45,057 bases of DNA, taken from contig JBFLGF010000179.1 of assembly GCA_050230475.1 (NCBI GenBank), forward strand, positions 1 through 45,057, read 5' to 3'. This DNA comes from Ancylonema sp. (lineage: Eukaryota). The translations under genes and the position numbers were made by a program. Within the stretch, counting starts at the first letter, position 1. Each line of letters opens with the position of its first letter. The notes beneath the pieces are model-generated. The model had not been told where the DNA came from and made no database searches. It saw only the letters and a list, made by a program, of their open reading frames with translations. Shown one piece after another: positions 11,909 to 24,400 of the stretch.

Positions 11909-13500
11909 ACACCATCACACCAAACCTCCAAGCATATTTTATACATATATTTATACATAGGGGATACGACATTTTCTAGAACATTCACGCTTTGTGACGA
12001 GTGGACAACATGTCGTTGTCCCGATGAGTCCACGGCCAACAAGATCTCGAAATTGATACACGCTCATTAGATATACGAGGAGATGAAGATGCAACTTCGG
12101 GCTGCCAATGCCTAGACGCTTAAAAAATAGAAGTTGGAAGACCAAAATAAGAAAAGGAAATTGTACTTATAATAAACCTCATGTGAGGCAACAACTACAC
12201 ATACACACAGAGACATATACGTTTATTAACTTAGATCCAGCATGCCACAAATGCATCATTGTCATGTCTAGCAAATACGCATTGTACTTACATAAGTATG
12301 TGAGACCATGTACATATAAATTAGCAAGCAAGAATAAGCATGAGGTCCTTTTTGGCTACATTATGTGTCATAATAAGCTTGCTTTAAGAGAACCCCACTC
12401 GGCAACTGCCCTCTAAATCCCAAGAACCGTCTATTTTAGTTCTTATACATCTTTACTTCTTATTTGAGTGTAGGGCGGAACAATGAGAAAAAACAAACAA
12501 GTTGTACCATCTTGTCCGACTGTGAAACTGGAAATGAATGCATCGCTTGCACATCTCAACTTGGCATGCTTATTCACATACACATCAGCCATAAAAGCCA
12601 CTTCAACACTTCAAAAAAAATTCAAATCGTGGAAAATATAGGCACAATTACACAAAGCTTCGCAGCTGTTGGATTGATTCCGGGTTCTCGACCACTTTAC
12701 GACTAGTATCCAAATAGTTAGAGCACCGGTTTGGAGTTAGAGCTTTGCCGTTTACCACGAGAGGAATGCATATGTTTCTGTACAACTATTTGCATCCACA
12801 TCGCGCGTTCAAACATAGTTGTCAAATACCCGACAGATAACCTTGCACCGCACATATTATGTGATGCGCAATTGGACGTCTTGTCCCCCAGTCAAAATAA
12901 CCCCAAAATTAAGAATAGTTGACCTCTCTTTGGACTTATTTTGGATTTTGTTTTCCCAGAGAATTGCCGCTTCAGAGCGCTTTGCCCAACTCCGGGTTCT
13001 GGGTTTCTCCGGCGGAGACACCCCTTCCTAGCTTATAAAGTGCCGGACCATGCATCTATTACAAATGTGGCTTGCATTATGCAATCACTTCACCTAGTCA
13101 ATCATCTATCAATCATTGAGTCTGATGATCTTGGGAATGATGCACAACGGACATTGTACATTGATGACTAATATGCAAAGTACAGCGTCAATTTCCTGGT
13201 ACTTTAGGCCATGTTCTTGACAATCATCCACCGTGTAATTGAGATGTCGTCATGTTTTTTTTCTTTTTGAAGAGGTCATCCCCATTTTCTATGCAGGAAG
13301 TACGAAAGGTACTCCATTTCATTTAAAGAAAAATACATGTTACATAGCCAACAATGTAAGCAACATGTGTATTTTTTATGTTTTGTTTTTGTTTTTACTC
13401 ATGACCGGTTTTTTTTTTAGGGCGACCGGACTGGCCAGTCTCCAGTCCGGTAATATTCCTGCCCCACGTTCGACACCGTCCAAATTCGGATCCTCCTTGA

Positions 13501-13963
13501 GAGCGTCTCTTAAAACACAGGAAGGTGCCTCGGAAAGGTGGCGAAAGGTGTTGCGCCGAATAATTGAAGCAAATTGCTCTCCGAGGTCCCTCCGAGGAAG
13601 GACCTGGGAAGAAATCGCGAATTGCTTCCCAGGTCCTTCCGAGGCAAGGAGCCTGGGAAAGGTTGACGTGGTCGTTTGTGAACATCTCATTTCTCGCACG
13701 CGCAAGTATTTTCGCACGTTCGAAGATGTCTCAATCTCATCACGTCGAGAGGGGTTCGTTTCACCGACATATTCGTCAACGTGGCGGATAATTCATCATT
13801 CGCCTTCAGAGGCACCTTCCCCTGTATTAAGGGACGACCAATGACCGTCCAAATGAAGGACCGCGGTAGATTTGTCAAATTACTACGCCAACACGGCGGA
13901 AAAGTTTCGCCGTGAGACACGTCACCCTTTCTGAGGCACCTTCCTGTGTTTTAAGAGACGCTC
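13501..13963. mobile_element. 463-bp non-autonomous DNA transposon (MITE), PIF/Harbinger-Tourist-like
   Basis: 38-bp terminal inverted repeats with 1 mismatch: GAGCGTCTCTTAAAACACAGGAAGGTGCCTC(G/A)GAAAGG at 13501-13538, reverse complement ending at 13963. Flanked by the 3-bp direct repeat TGA (13498-13500 and 13964-13966). Confidence 0.85.
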
Positions 13964-14633
13964 TGAGATAACATAGCACAACATGACGTTCTTGGTGCCG
14001 AATAGGTGTGCCGATGCGTGTCGAATAGGCGAGTAGATTCGCCGTTTGGGATCAAACCGACATGAACGTGTGCAAGGTCCCCGTTTGATGAACAGCGTAA
14101 ATCCTAGCCCAAATACACACTTTTGGCTGTGACGTTTCCAACGATCCAGGACCGAAACCCCCCCGAATCACAAAAGAAGGAGTTTACTTTATCCGGAAAA
14201 AGTGACGGCGTCACTTCAACCTCGAGACCTCAACGCAGAAGCTGCCAGATGGCGTCACGGGGTTCCAGCTCAGACATTTGTCACTGCCTTTGGGATCCCT
14301 GTTGCGCGCGGCTGGAGCAGGAGCGGTAAGCAGAGAGTCAGAGAGTCAGAGAGATTCCACACCCCCCTTCATCTGACTGGCGCAGTTGGCGTGCCACTAC
14401 ATGTGCGTGTGGACACAGGACAAAAAATCGGTACTGAATCGCCTCCAGGGCTGGAGCATTGCGCTCTACATTCCCCGCCCGGCATCATGGAAGGCGCGAC
14501 CACATACACCTCCCTGAAAATGTATGTCTGACAAAAGAATGGGATTCTTCTATGCACCTCTTCCAACTACGTCTCACGAAAGCCCTTACAGTAACAACAG
14601 CTCGCAACCAACGACTCCGTCCTACCAAAATCC

Positions 14634-16212
14634 ATGGTTTCGCCCCTTCCGCGACTGGACTCCGGCCATCCATCGCTCACATCACGCAAGCGCGACTCGG
14701 AACGGGATTCCGAGGCCCACCAGAAGTATTTTGATTCAGAGGTCTCCTCCTCAGATGTTGACTCTTGTGACTCGCCAGCATCAGGACCCCTCTACAACGG
14801 CCCCTCTCCACAACTAGCGGAAGCTGATGGCCACGAAGCCGAAGAAGCGCCTGTAACTCGCGCGGATTCTCGCAATGCACCAGCGTCCCCAACCGCTGCT
14901 CCAGTCCGTCAGTGGTATCTCCACGTTCCTGTCCAGCGATGCAAGACGTCTGTCGGAGTCGTCCACGACTGGTTCTCTTGCCTCAGTCCTGTGCAGATCC
15001 GGCCTTTCAAATTTTCCCGATCGAAGCCATCACCTATCGCAATCAGTCATCAGTCGTCTGTCCACGTGGACCAGACGCCACCTGTCATCATCCACGAGCC
15101 CCGCTTCTCTTCTCACATATTTTCGCCCACCTATGCGAACGTGGAGGATCTCTACGAGTTCCGGGAGCTGATCGGAAGGGGAGCGATGGGATTGGTCTAT
15201 CGCTGTATCGAGTGCGAAAGTGGGCGCGAGTGGGCATGCAAAACAGTCAGAAAGTCTTTGCTGACCTGTCCTGAAGAGGTGGCAACGATTCGCCAGGAAG
15301 TTGCTGCGATGCTGCAGCTAAAAGGGCATCCTGCTGTCGTCAGCCTGCATGACGTTTTGGAGGATAAAGAAGTAAGCGACTTCGCACCACATTCCTGAGG
15401 TTGCTGATAAAAGACAGAAACGGTTACATGCCTGGATTGCCTCCTCTATCAATTTCAGAAATTGCATTTAAATGTTACGCTCACCACCCGTATTAACTAA
15501 ACAAATCCCTGTACCTCCTCTCCATCTACACACCTCATTTACTCACAGTCTCATGACCACAGATTATTGACATTCAAATCCATCAAATCCACCCTGGCCC
15601 CACCAACTCATATCTCCTGCACCCCCCCCTCCCTTTCGTCCTCTCCCATCCCCCCCCACCCCCCCTCCCCACCCCCACCTGCCCCATCCCATCCAGCACG
15701 TCCACATGATCATGGAGCACTGCCGAGGTGGGGAACTGTTTTCTGCCATTGTTGACCGTATCCGATTCGCCGAATCCGAAGCTGCTCGAATCATCCTCTC
15801 CGTCCTCTCGGTCGTCCATCAAATGCATTCCCAGGGTATCATGCACAGAGATCTGAAACCGGAAAATGTTGTGCTGGCCAACCGGCATTCGGTCACGGAT
15901 GTGAGGGTCATTGATTTCGGACAGGCATCCAAGTTCAGGAGAGGTGAGAGTCTTTTCTCATAACTGATGTCTGAATGAATTCGACTTTCAGTATTTAGAA
16001 TTAATGAGGTCCCTCTTTCCTTGAAAGCAACTTAAAAAATTGATAGCATCATGTCTCAACACTTTTGTCATGATCATCATAATCAGCTCCAACACCATTG
16101 TCCTCATTGTCTTATACGTGATCACTGTAATGATCACTTCTGGTATCTTTATCAAGATCCCAAAAGTGTTCCGCTCTTTGTGTCTCCTTGTGGCACAAAC
16201 AGCAGGAAAAAA

Positions 16213-16246
<34 letters not shown>

Positions 16247-17432
16247 AAAAAAAAAATGAGGGCAAAAGATGAAAGGCCACCTTTTTCACTTTTATATATA
16301 TCTTTCCCCGTCCTATCATCCCACAGATACCCCAAACACATCCTCACCCCCACTCCTATCCCACTCTTCTCCGCATACTCACCATCCGTTTTATATAATA
16401 ACATACCTCGTTTCCCCTTCACCCCTCCCCCCCCCCTCTCAGATGCGCCCCTATCAGCCCTTGTAGGATCCCTCTTTTATGTCGCCCCAGAAGTGCTTCA
16501 GCGTAGCTATGGTCCCGAAGCCGACATGTGGAGCATAGGTGTCATTCTTTACGCGATGCTATGTGGCAGCCCCCCCTTTTGGGCCGAGAAAGACCGGTCC
16601 GTGTTTTACAAAATAATAAAGGGGGAGTACGATTTGGAGAATGGGCCGTGGAGGAGGGTGTCGAATGAAGCAAAATAACTCGTGAAGAAGATGTTGACCG
16701 TGGATCCCGAATTACAACGGGGGATGCTCAAGGTACTACGCACACATTTAGTTTTCTCACACATTTTCACTCAATAGGCTCTCCTACTTACAAAATTCTT
16801 CCAATCAAAGTCATTGGACCCATCATAAGTAACGTTATCAAACTCTGCATCCATACATGAAAATGATCTTGTCTTGTGTTTTCTATCTCCGTATTTGACG
16901 TACACCTCAATGAGAGAATCACCTAATGCACTTTTTCTGTTTTTTATTGCTACTCATTTTTTCTACCAACCAGTCGCACATTTCCCTCACAAACAAAAAA
17001 TCCATGCATTTCAAAAAAAAGATAGAACCAAATAAACATGTCTACCCACACAACGTTCCAACTTTCTATATGTCACATGTTCTAACTTTCTGCATATACG
17101 TTAACTCAACCACTAATCCGACTAACCACTCTTATCCCATTCCGCGACATGTAGGTCACCCGTGGATCCTACGCCACTGCAAGCTGCGTAAAATGTCTCT
17201 ATCCATCCGTAAATTCAAAGACCGAACCCTCCTTCCCAATTCCCCCTCCTCAGTCCTCGTTTCGCCCCAAAGCGACACCTCCTCTCCTCGCTCCCCCCTC
17301 TTCGGCGCGGCGCGACCAAACATGGTCAAAAAAATTCTTTCTTATTCCCAATTTCACTCTTCTTCTCCCCCTCGTACACCGCCATCGCAACTAGGACCAC
17401 CTTTGAAGCGACAAGTTGAGGCCACAAGTTGA
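14634..17432 (+). pseudogene. CDPK-family kinase without EF-hands, tandem copy 3, disrupted
   Basis: Exons 14634-15371, 15697-15943, 16443-16732 and 17155-17432. In-frame TAA at 16676-16678 where the paralogues read AK-D-LV. Exon 3 is 290 nt versus 297 nt in both paralogues, a 7-nt deletion after GATCCC that shifts the frame. The start codon is uncertain. Confidence 0.8.
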
Positions 17433-19138
17433 GCTTTTACCATGGGGGGATGACTTCTCGCCCGACTTGGGATGTCGTTCTAACTCTATTTATTTCTCCC
17501 GAAAAACTCCGATATCCGCAAGCGACGTCCCTTGTTGCTCTTATCATATTCTACCGAGGGCTGAATAAGTGTACATTTTGTAACATTTTTTTCCCCGATT
17601 TTTTATGCTACACACACATCTCGTTTATGTTGTGGGGCTTGGCATGGGTGTGTAATGTACACTAAGTTAAACCGTTTGATGTGTAAAACTTAATTTATTT
17701 AGTTTAGTTTAGACTAGTTTAGAGGAATCCAAGTACCTATTGTCGTGGGAAATGTAAATCTTTTTGTACAATAGTATTACCTCAAGATGTTTATTAGAGT
17801 ACTATCGAGGTTCACATGAGGCGAGGCTTAAATAAATTGTATATCAAAACGCCATGATGTATGTTGGAGAGAAGTGCAAAGATCCACTCATGGGGCTTCA
17901 GTTGTTAAACGAATTGGCTCTTGATGTCAATAGTGCATGGATGGAGAATCGAGTATTGTGTAATTGTTTGTCAATCGTTGAATGGACTTTTGAAAATTGT
18001 GCTCCTCTTCTTCTTCATTTTTTACAAACATCATTTTCTTCGATGCACTCGATTTATTGTAGGGAATACGTATTTGTCGAAGCAACTTTACAATTACTTA
18101 TCTTGCCATTTGTGCAAACAAATCCGCACATGAGAAAGCGTGTAAGTAGCTATTATCATGCCCATAAATATCGTTGTCAATCTTACAAAACGTCATGAAA
18201 GTTTTTTAAAGGTGTCCCCAACCAGCTTTAAGATGCACTTCTTATACTGATAATGGATTTGACAACACGAAGGAAGACAATGAGACTCACTTTTGATAAT
18301 ATGAGACTGGAGAGCCATGTTGCATTCCATTATGCATGAACAAGCATTGGTGTTAACAAGTTTCTAGTTTTTGCATGCGACAAACTGTACAAAATCCCTG
18401 GACAAAACGGACAACCCCCACCCCTCTTATATAAGCAATCACTTTATATACCCTATGCATCAACCTACAACTTTGAGACAATAATATCACCATCGTTCTG
18501 TAGTAAATTCTCAATTCAACCCACTTCCAATAAACTCCGTCGAACGAAGATACCGGAGTTGAACCCCCACTTTTGCAAATTTTACAGATTTTAATCGATA
18601 TTCGATGACCAGATAATTATTTTAGGTCAATTCACGCTACCAGTATGAGCCTGATCCCCCCCACCATGAATTCTGAACAACTAATACTAATTACAATGAT
18701 TATGTTTTCGTGGTACTCCACTGAGTTACACTGAATTACCCCCACATCCCTCTCCACTATTCTAAGATAAAGTCCAATACCCGGCTACCCGGCCAGCCGC
18801 GGGCGGCCACCCGTCGTCCGATCAAGTTTGAACATCGTGGAACGTGGCCCACGAATCGGACAAGTTGCGACTCTGACTCGGACTCGGACTGGACCAATTC
18901 TGCGCCCCAATTCTCGTGGGGAGACTGCTGTCCCACCTCAGGAACTATCCTCTGATGAACTGCTGAGGTGCTTGTACAGCTCTGGGCATTCCTCCTACCC
19001 TACGTCTTCACCCTGTCCATACTTGTGCGACAGCGTCACGTGCACCGCTGGTACGGTGCTGAAACATCAGATAGTCGGAGCCAAAGTTGTGTGGCACTAG
19101 GTTGATTTCAACCTCATCACACCTGCCAAACCGGGTAG

Positions 19139-20197
19139 ATGACTGACGTCAAGCCAAATCCGGAGCTGGATAATGGGCCCGCAGAAGCAGAATTTTTACC
19201 GATCGTCTTGGAATCTGAAGTCGTAGCGTCTCTGAAGGAAGACGGGGTCACGTTAGCAGGAAAGAGACCAGCGGAGGTGGAAGCAGAAGGAGAGTCTAAG
19301 AAAGTGAAGACAGAAGCGGTGGCAGATGTCGTGGTTTCCGATGCAGATACCGCGGCAGGGGCGGAAGACGCTGGTACGCCAATTGTGGCCAGTAAAACTG
19401 AGGAAAAGCTCCCCGCCGAGCCCGTGCAACTCGGGCCAAAACTCTTCAAAACCTCAGTGGAGATGTTTCAATTCTTCCACGATCTATGCCACGGCTTCAC
19501 GAAAAATGTCGACTTAAACGAGGTGACTTTCTTTTTGAAAACCATGGCTCTGCGGGGCCTTCCATTCTGCAAAACAATGGAATGCTCGCAACGCTCACAC
19601 ATTATAGTCTCTGTCACTACGATTTCTGTGGCCTTTCCATGTTGGCTGACGACGAAAAGGCTTTTCATAAGTTGAGGAAAACAATCTTTAAATCAAAACC
19701 AGCTTCTCCTTCAGTCAGCATTCAGTGTACTGCGCTCTCGGGATTAATATCCGCTCTGAGTACAAATCAATAGGGCAGGTGGCTACAGACAAGGAAATTT
19801 TGTTTCTCTTGTCAGGACAGTCACTCACACATCTCCAATGTCGTGCTTTCAGTATGAGTACCTCGTACTTCTGGACCTGTTAAAGAAAGGGCATCCAGAT
19901 CCGGCCACAAAGATGGGGTCTGGCATCAAATCTTTTCAGATTCGCGAGCATCCCGAGTTCACTTCCAGATGCTTCTACCTCGTGCGAACAGATGGCTCCA
20001 CAGATGATTTCTCCTATCGAAAGTGTGTGGATAAGCTTATGACCCTTCCAGCAGACATGCAACTCCCATTAAACAAGGGTGGTAAAGGAAGAGGGGGTGG
20101 AGGCAGAGGTGGAGGTGGAGGGGGAAGGGGGTACATGGGAGGTAAAGGGGGAGGAAGGCGAGGATCATTTAGGGGGGGCAAGAGCAGGGGTAGGTGA
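19139..20197 (+). CDS. DOM1: DOMINO1/EMB514-like DCL-domain (DUF3223) protein, rRNA biogenesis
   Basis: Exons 19139-19522 and 19853-20197. Acidic N-terminus, then LGPKLFKTSVEMFQFF..DLNE|YEYLVLLDLLKKGHPDP..KMGSGIKSFQIREHP..SRCFYLVRTDGSTDDFSYRKCVD, then an RGG-rich tail. Confidence 0.88.
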
Positions 20198-21496
20198 TGA
20201 ATGCGTGTGAGTTAAATTAGCGCATTCATGCTGTATTGTTTCAATACAACAACATGTGTGTAAGTGAATGCCGAGAGCTGAGTCTTCTTGAGTTGCGACT
20301 TTCAATTTTTGTATCACTTGTTTGATTTGATTTGCCCAAGCACGCCAAAACAAACAAATTTCATCCACACAATAGTTGCAAGGAAACAGGGATGCGAGGA
20401 TTTGGCCCTAAATCCCTTCCGGACCCAAAAAAGAAGTTGGAGGACCGAACCTAGAGACTTTTAGAGTCTCCTTTTTAGTCTCCTTTTTAGTCTCCTTTTT
20501 TAGAGTTTCCTTCTTGAATATATTGAAGATGTACGAATAGAAACAGATCTCAAAAGTGTTTCCATGACCAATCTAAATCAGATCAATTTTGGCTGAATTT
20601 GAATGATGATTTACATGGTCGGACTTCTTCATTTGTGGTGCAAAAATTGCACTCGTTCATTGCAGAGCACTCATACTCCACCTTTAAACTTTCAGTGAAC
20701 AACAATTTAAATAGTTAGATGTTACAACTCGCATTGAGCGAATTCACATACTTACCAATCACAATGTGACAATCTTACTACCATGAGTCTCACTCCTATC
20801 AAGCAACATGACATGTAACACTTTCATTCTACAATTAATGCCCTATGACTGCTCACTACTACAACACACAACCACCTTTCTATCTCCACTTGGCCCACTC
20901 TGAAAACGATGCAGCCTGAGGACTGATGTGTCGTGCATGGCAGAGCCATTTCCTCCCATCACACCACGTGCACTTTCACAATTCCTGTGACTCGTGCGGG
21001 ATTGGTGCAAATGCGAGGATTAAATGAGAGCCAGCCAAATCTTCCTTCGATTTTCATCAGCAATGAGAAAAATGTTCGCAACAAACAAGTCGCACATTCA
21101 TGTGCGGTAGGTTTTGGTTTTCAAAGTTTTTTTGTCGTTGCAATTGCGTCTCCACTTCCATTTGACACAGCAGGAGTAAGAGAGGTTGTCCGCTGGACGG
21201 GATGGATGGGACATACCTCATTGCGAATATACACAATGCAGGGACAAAGTAAGGAGTTGCATACAAGCAATCCTTGTAGATTGTTTGTTCATTAAAATTT
21301 TAATCATCACTACTTGGAAGGAAAGCAGTCACAAAATCTGGGTAGAAATACGTTTTGCTTCAAATACCGATGTAGAGATAGCAATTCATCAGACATCACT
21401 ACCTCTACGAAACTGGTACCCTAACCTAGATGTATTCCAACCAGTGATACATGTATGATATATCCCTCACATACACATCTTGCTAACATACTATTC

Positions 21497-24400
21497 TCAA
21501 CCCATGGTGTAGGAAGGTCCTGGGAGGTTGATGACGGTGCTCTTTGTTTTTGTCATCATGCCGATGCTGTTGGTGATGCCCTGAGATCCCACTCCACTGT
21601 CTCGAATGCCCTAAAACCAGAAAGGGCACATGCACGCAATTGGGAAGAGTGAGATGGAAGAAAGCACCATATGATCAAGAATTGTGATGATAAGGGATGA
21701 TTGAAGGGCGGAAAGGTGTTGAGAAGATATTGGTAGGGATGCAATCCTTTGCAATGCTGGTGGAATGGGTTTAAAAGCAGTTTAGAGTGGGTGTTTATGA
21801 ACCTTAGTGCCATATTCTACTCCCTGAATTGTTGTTCAGGTTTCTGAGTTTGAACTCCTGATTGAATTATACTTTGTATGATCTGTCCCATCTCCTTATA
21901 AAAAATGAATACACAAAACCCATATCTGGTATCCATTGTGAGATGAAAAACCGAGTGCTTCATCATACATTTGTTGTGTCACATTCGAGCGTTCGGATTC
22001 CAAATCTCATAGCGCTTATACTGAATCTGGGAATGTATAAAAAATGGTGAGTGATGCCCTTTGGTGTACCTGGAAAGGGAAGTGGTCGGGTCCTCGCGCG
22101 GGAGCTGAGTTGATTTGTATGGTTCCCGATTCCATGAGGTCAGAAATCATGATGGCCTTGTTGATGTCTCGCGTGAAAATGCAGCCCTGGGATACAGAAC
22201 ACACAGATACCGGATTTTCATACACACACAAATCCCACCACTCACTCTTAAAACTCAAAATAAACTTATGACTCACGACTCTCTTCCACCATCATCTGCT
22301 TGTTCGTTCCACGACATCCCCACTCTCCCACTTGTATCCCAACCAGACCAAAGTATCTCCAACCACCCATTCCTCCCATTCCCATTGCAATTCCCCCCAC
22401 CTTCCTGACACCCCACCCCACCCCATCCCATCCCATCCCATCCCATCACACCACACCCCATCCCCTCCCCTGCCCTCCCCTCCCCTCCCATCCCCTCCCA
22501 TCCCTCCACCTGCAGCCCGAAGTTGTTGGCGTTGCAATGGTGTATCCCCTCCTCTGGCGTGGCAATCCTGATGACGGGCAGCACGGGTCCGAACGGTTCC
22601 TCCCACGCCAGCCTCATATCGGGGCGCACGTGATCCACCAGCAGGGGCCAAATCAGGTTGCCCTCGCGCTTGTACTCCTGAGGAGGGGACAGACTTGTGT
22701 GTATGTGTGTGTATGTGTGTGTGTATATGTGTATATGTGTGTATGTGTGTGTATGTCAATTATACATGGAATATATAGAATAATACATGAACTATATATC
22801 ATATTATAAATATAGAATACCTTTTACGTGGATACATAACATACGTACATACATACATATTACATACTGCGTATGCAATACAACATGATTCAGTCTATTT
22901 TACAAGAGCCCATACCTGGCAGAAGGTGGCCTTCTTTTCCCGTGCATCGTTCACGAGTCCCTCGATGAAATTCGCGGATGATTCAGACACCACCGGTGTG
23001 ATCTCGCAGTTGTCCCTCGGGTTCCCCACCTTCAGTTTCGCGACTCGTTCGCATATCTTCTTCACCAGCTCGTCCGCCACGCTCTCCATCACCAGAATCA
23101 CTTTGATGGCAGTGCATCGCTGGCCACTTTGGGACACAAAACCCAAAACCCAAATTCCAAAACCCCAAAATAAATATCATTTACACCAGGAACCAGAGCA
23201 CCCATACCCAGGGATGGGTGGAGTGAGGGGGTGAGGTTTAGAATGAGTGTCCCACACGTACACTTTTCGCTACATTCTTATACATTTTTTGTGATTTGTT
23301 TTTTATTTAATATTATTTTTTGTTGTACTTTCTTCGAGGCTGTCGCTGTCGAGGCTCAAGCTCCGTTTTTCCGGTTCCTGATAACGCTCCTCTCTCTCTC
23401 TCTGTGCCTTGTCTCCTCTTCATTTGTTTACTTCACATTTTCACTGCCCTCCCTATCTTCTATCTACTTATTCTTCCACTTCTTTATACTCCTATTGCCT
23501 CCCTTGGGCACCACTTCTCCTTGCCCAAAACCTTCTTCAACAAAACAAGACCTCTTCTACCCATTCATCCCTGCCTCAGAATCACCACCGTCCGGCAGAC
23601 TATGTCTCCACACTAACCCCCTTCTCTCTACGAGACCCTCTCCTCATCGCCCTATTCCTTTTCTCCCTACCCTTACTCCTACCCTTACTCCTACCTCTAA
23701 CCCTACCCCTCCCCCTCCCCCTGCCCCTGCCCCTGCCCCTACCCCTACCGCTACCCATACCCCTACCCCCAGCCATAACCCTACCCTTCCCCTACCTGTG
23801 CAAGGTGAATTGTGTTTACCTGAAGGAGAACCCTCCCTTGATCACATTGGCGGCGCACAGGTCAAGGTCTGCATCCTCCAACACGATGCAGGCGTCTTTC
23901 CCCCCCAGCTCCATCTGCAGGGGCACCATGCCAGCCTTCTTGGAAATGGCCAGACCCGTGTCTCCGCCTGTGAAGCTGCAAGAAGACAGAAGGCAGCACA
24001 TGAGGAAAGCACGAGAGAGCAGAAAGAAATCGGAATTTTTTTTTTGTTTTTTTTTTTTGAAAAATAACAGCGATAACTTGAGTTTCTGGAAGCATGGCTG
24101 CTGCTGGTTCGCGATACTGGGAAGGTCTTGGGTAATGAAAGAAATAAGAAAGCGTAATTCCAGCCATTATTCCTTATTGGGTTTATGAAGCCAAGGAATG
24201 ACTTGCCAGCACCACCTACCCTCTTCCACATCCCCCCCATCCTACTTTTATTTCGTCCCAGTCTGTACATACATTAAGTTGTACATCCACCAAGCCCTGT
24301 GTTGCCGTTACCTGATGCAGTTCACTCCCGGGTGCATGGTGAGGAAGTCACCGATCTCCGACCCCTTCCCTGTCACAGCGCTGATGAGTCCCTTAGGGAA

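Noticed and set aside
13239..13844. 201-aa ORF overlapping the MITE
   Set aside because: It has a non-ATG start, no transposase motifs, and runs across the element boundary.
23231..24188. Long 278-aa and 259-aa plus-strand ORFs
   Set aside because: They are low-complexity C/T-rich sequence antisense to GAPN introns and exons, with no domain signal.
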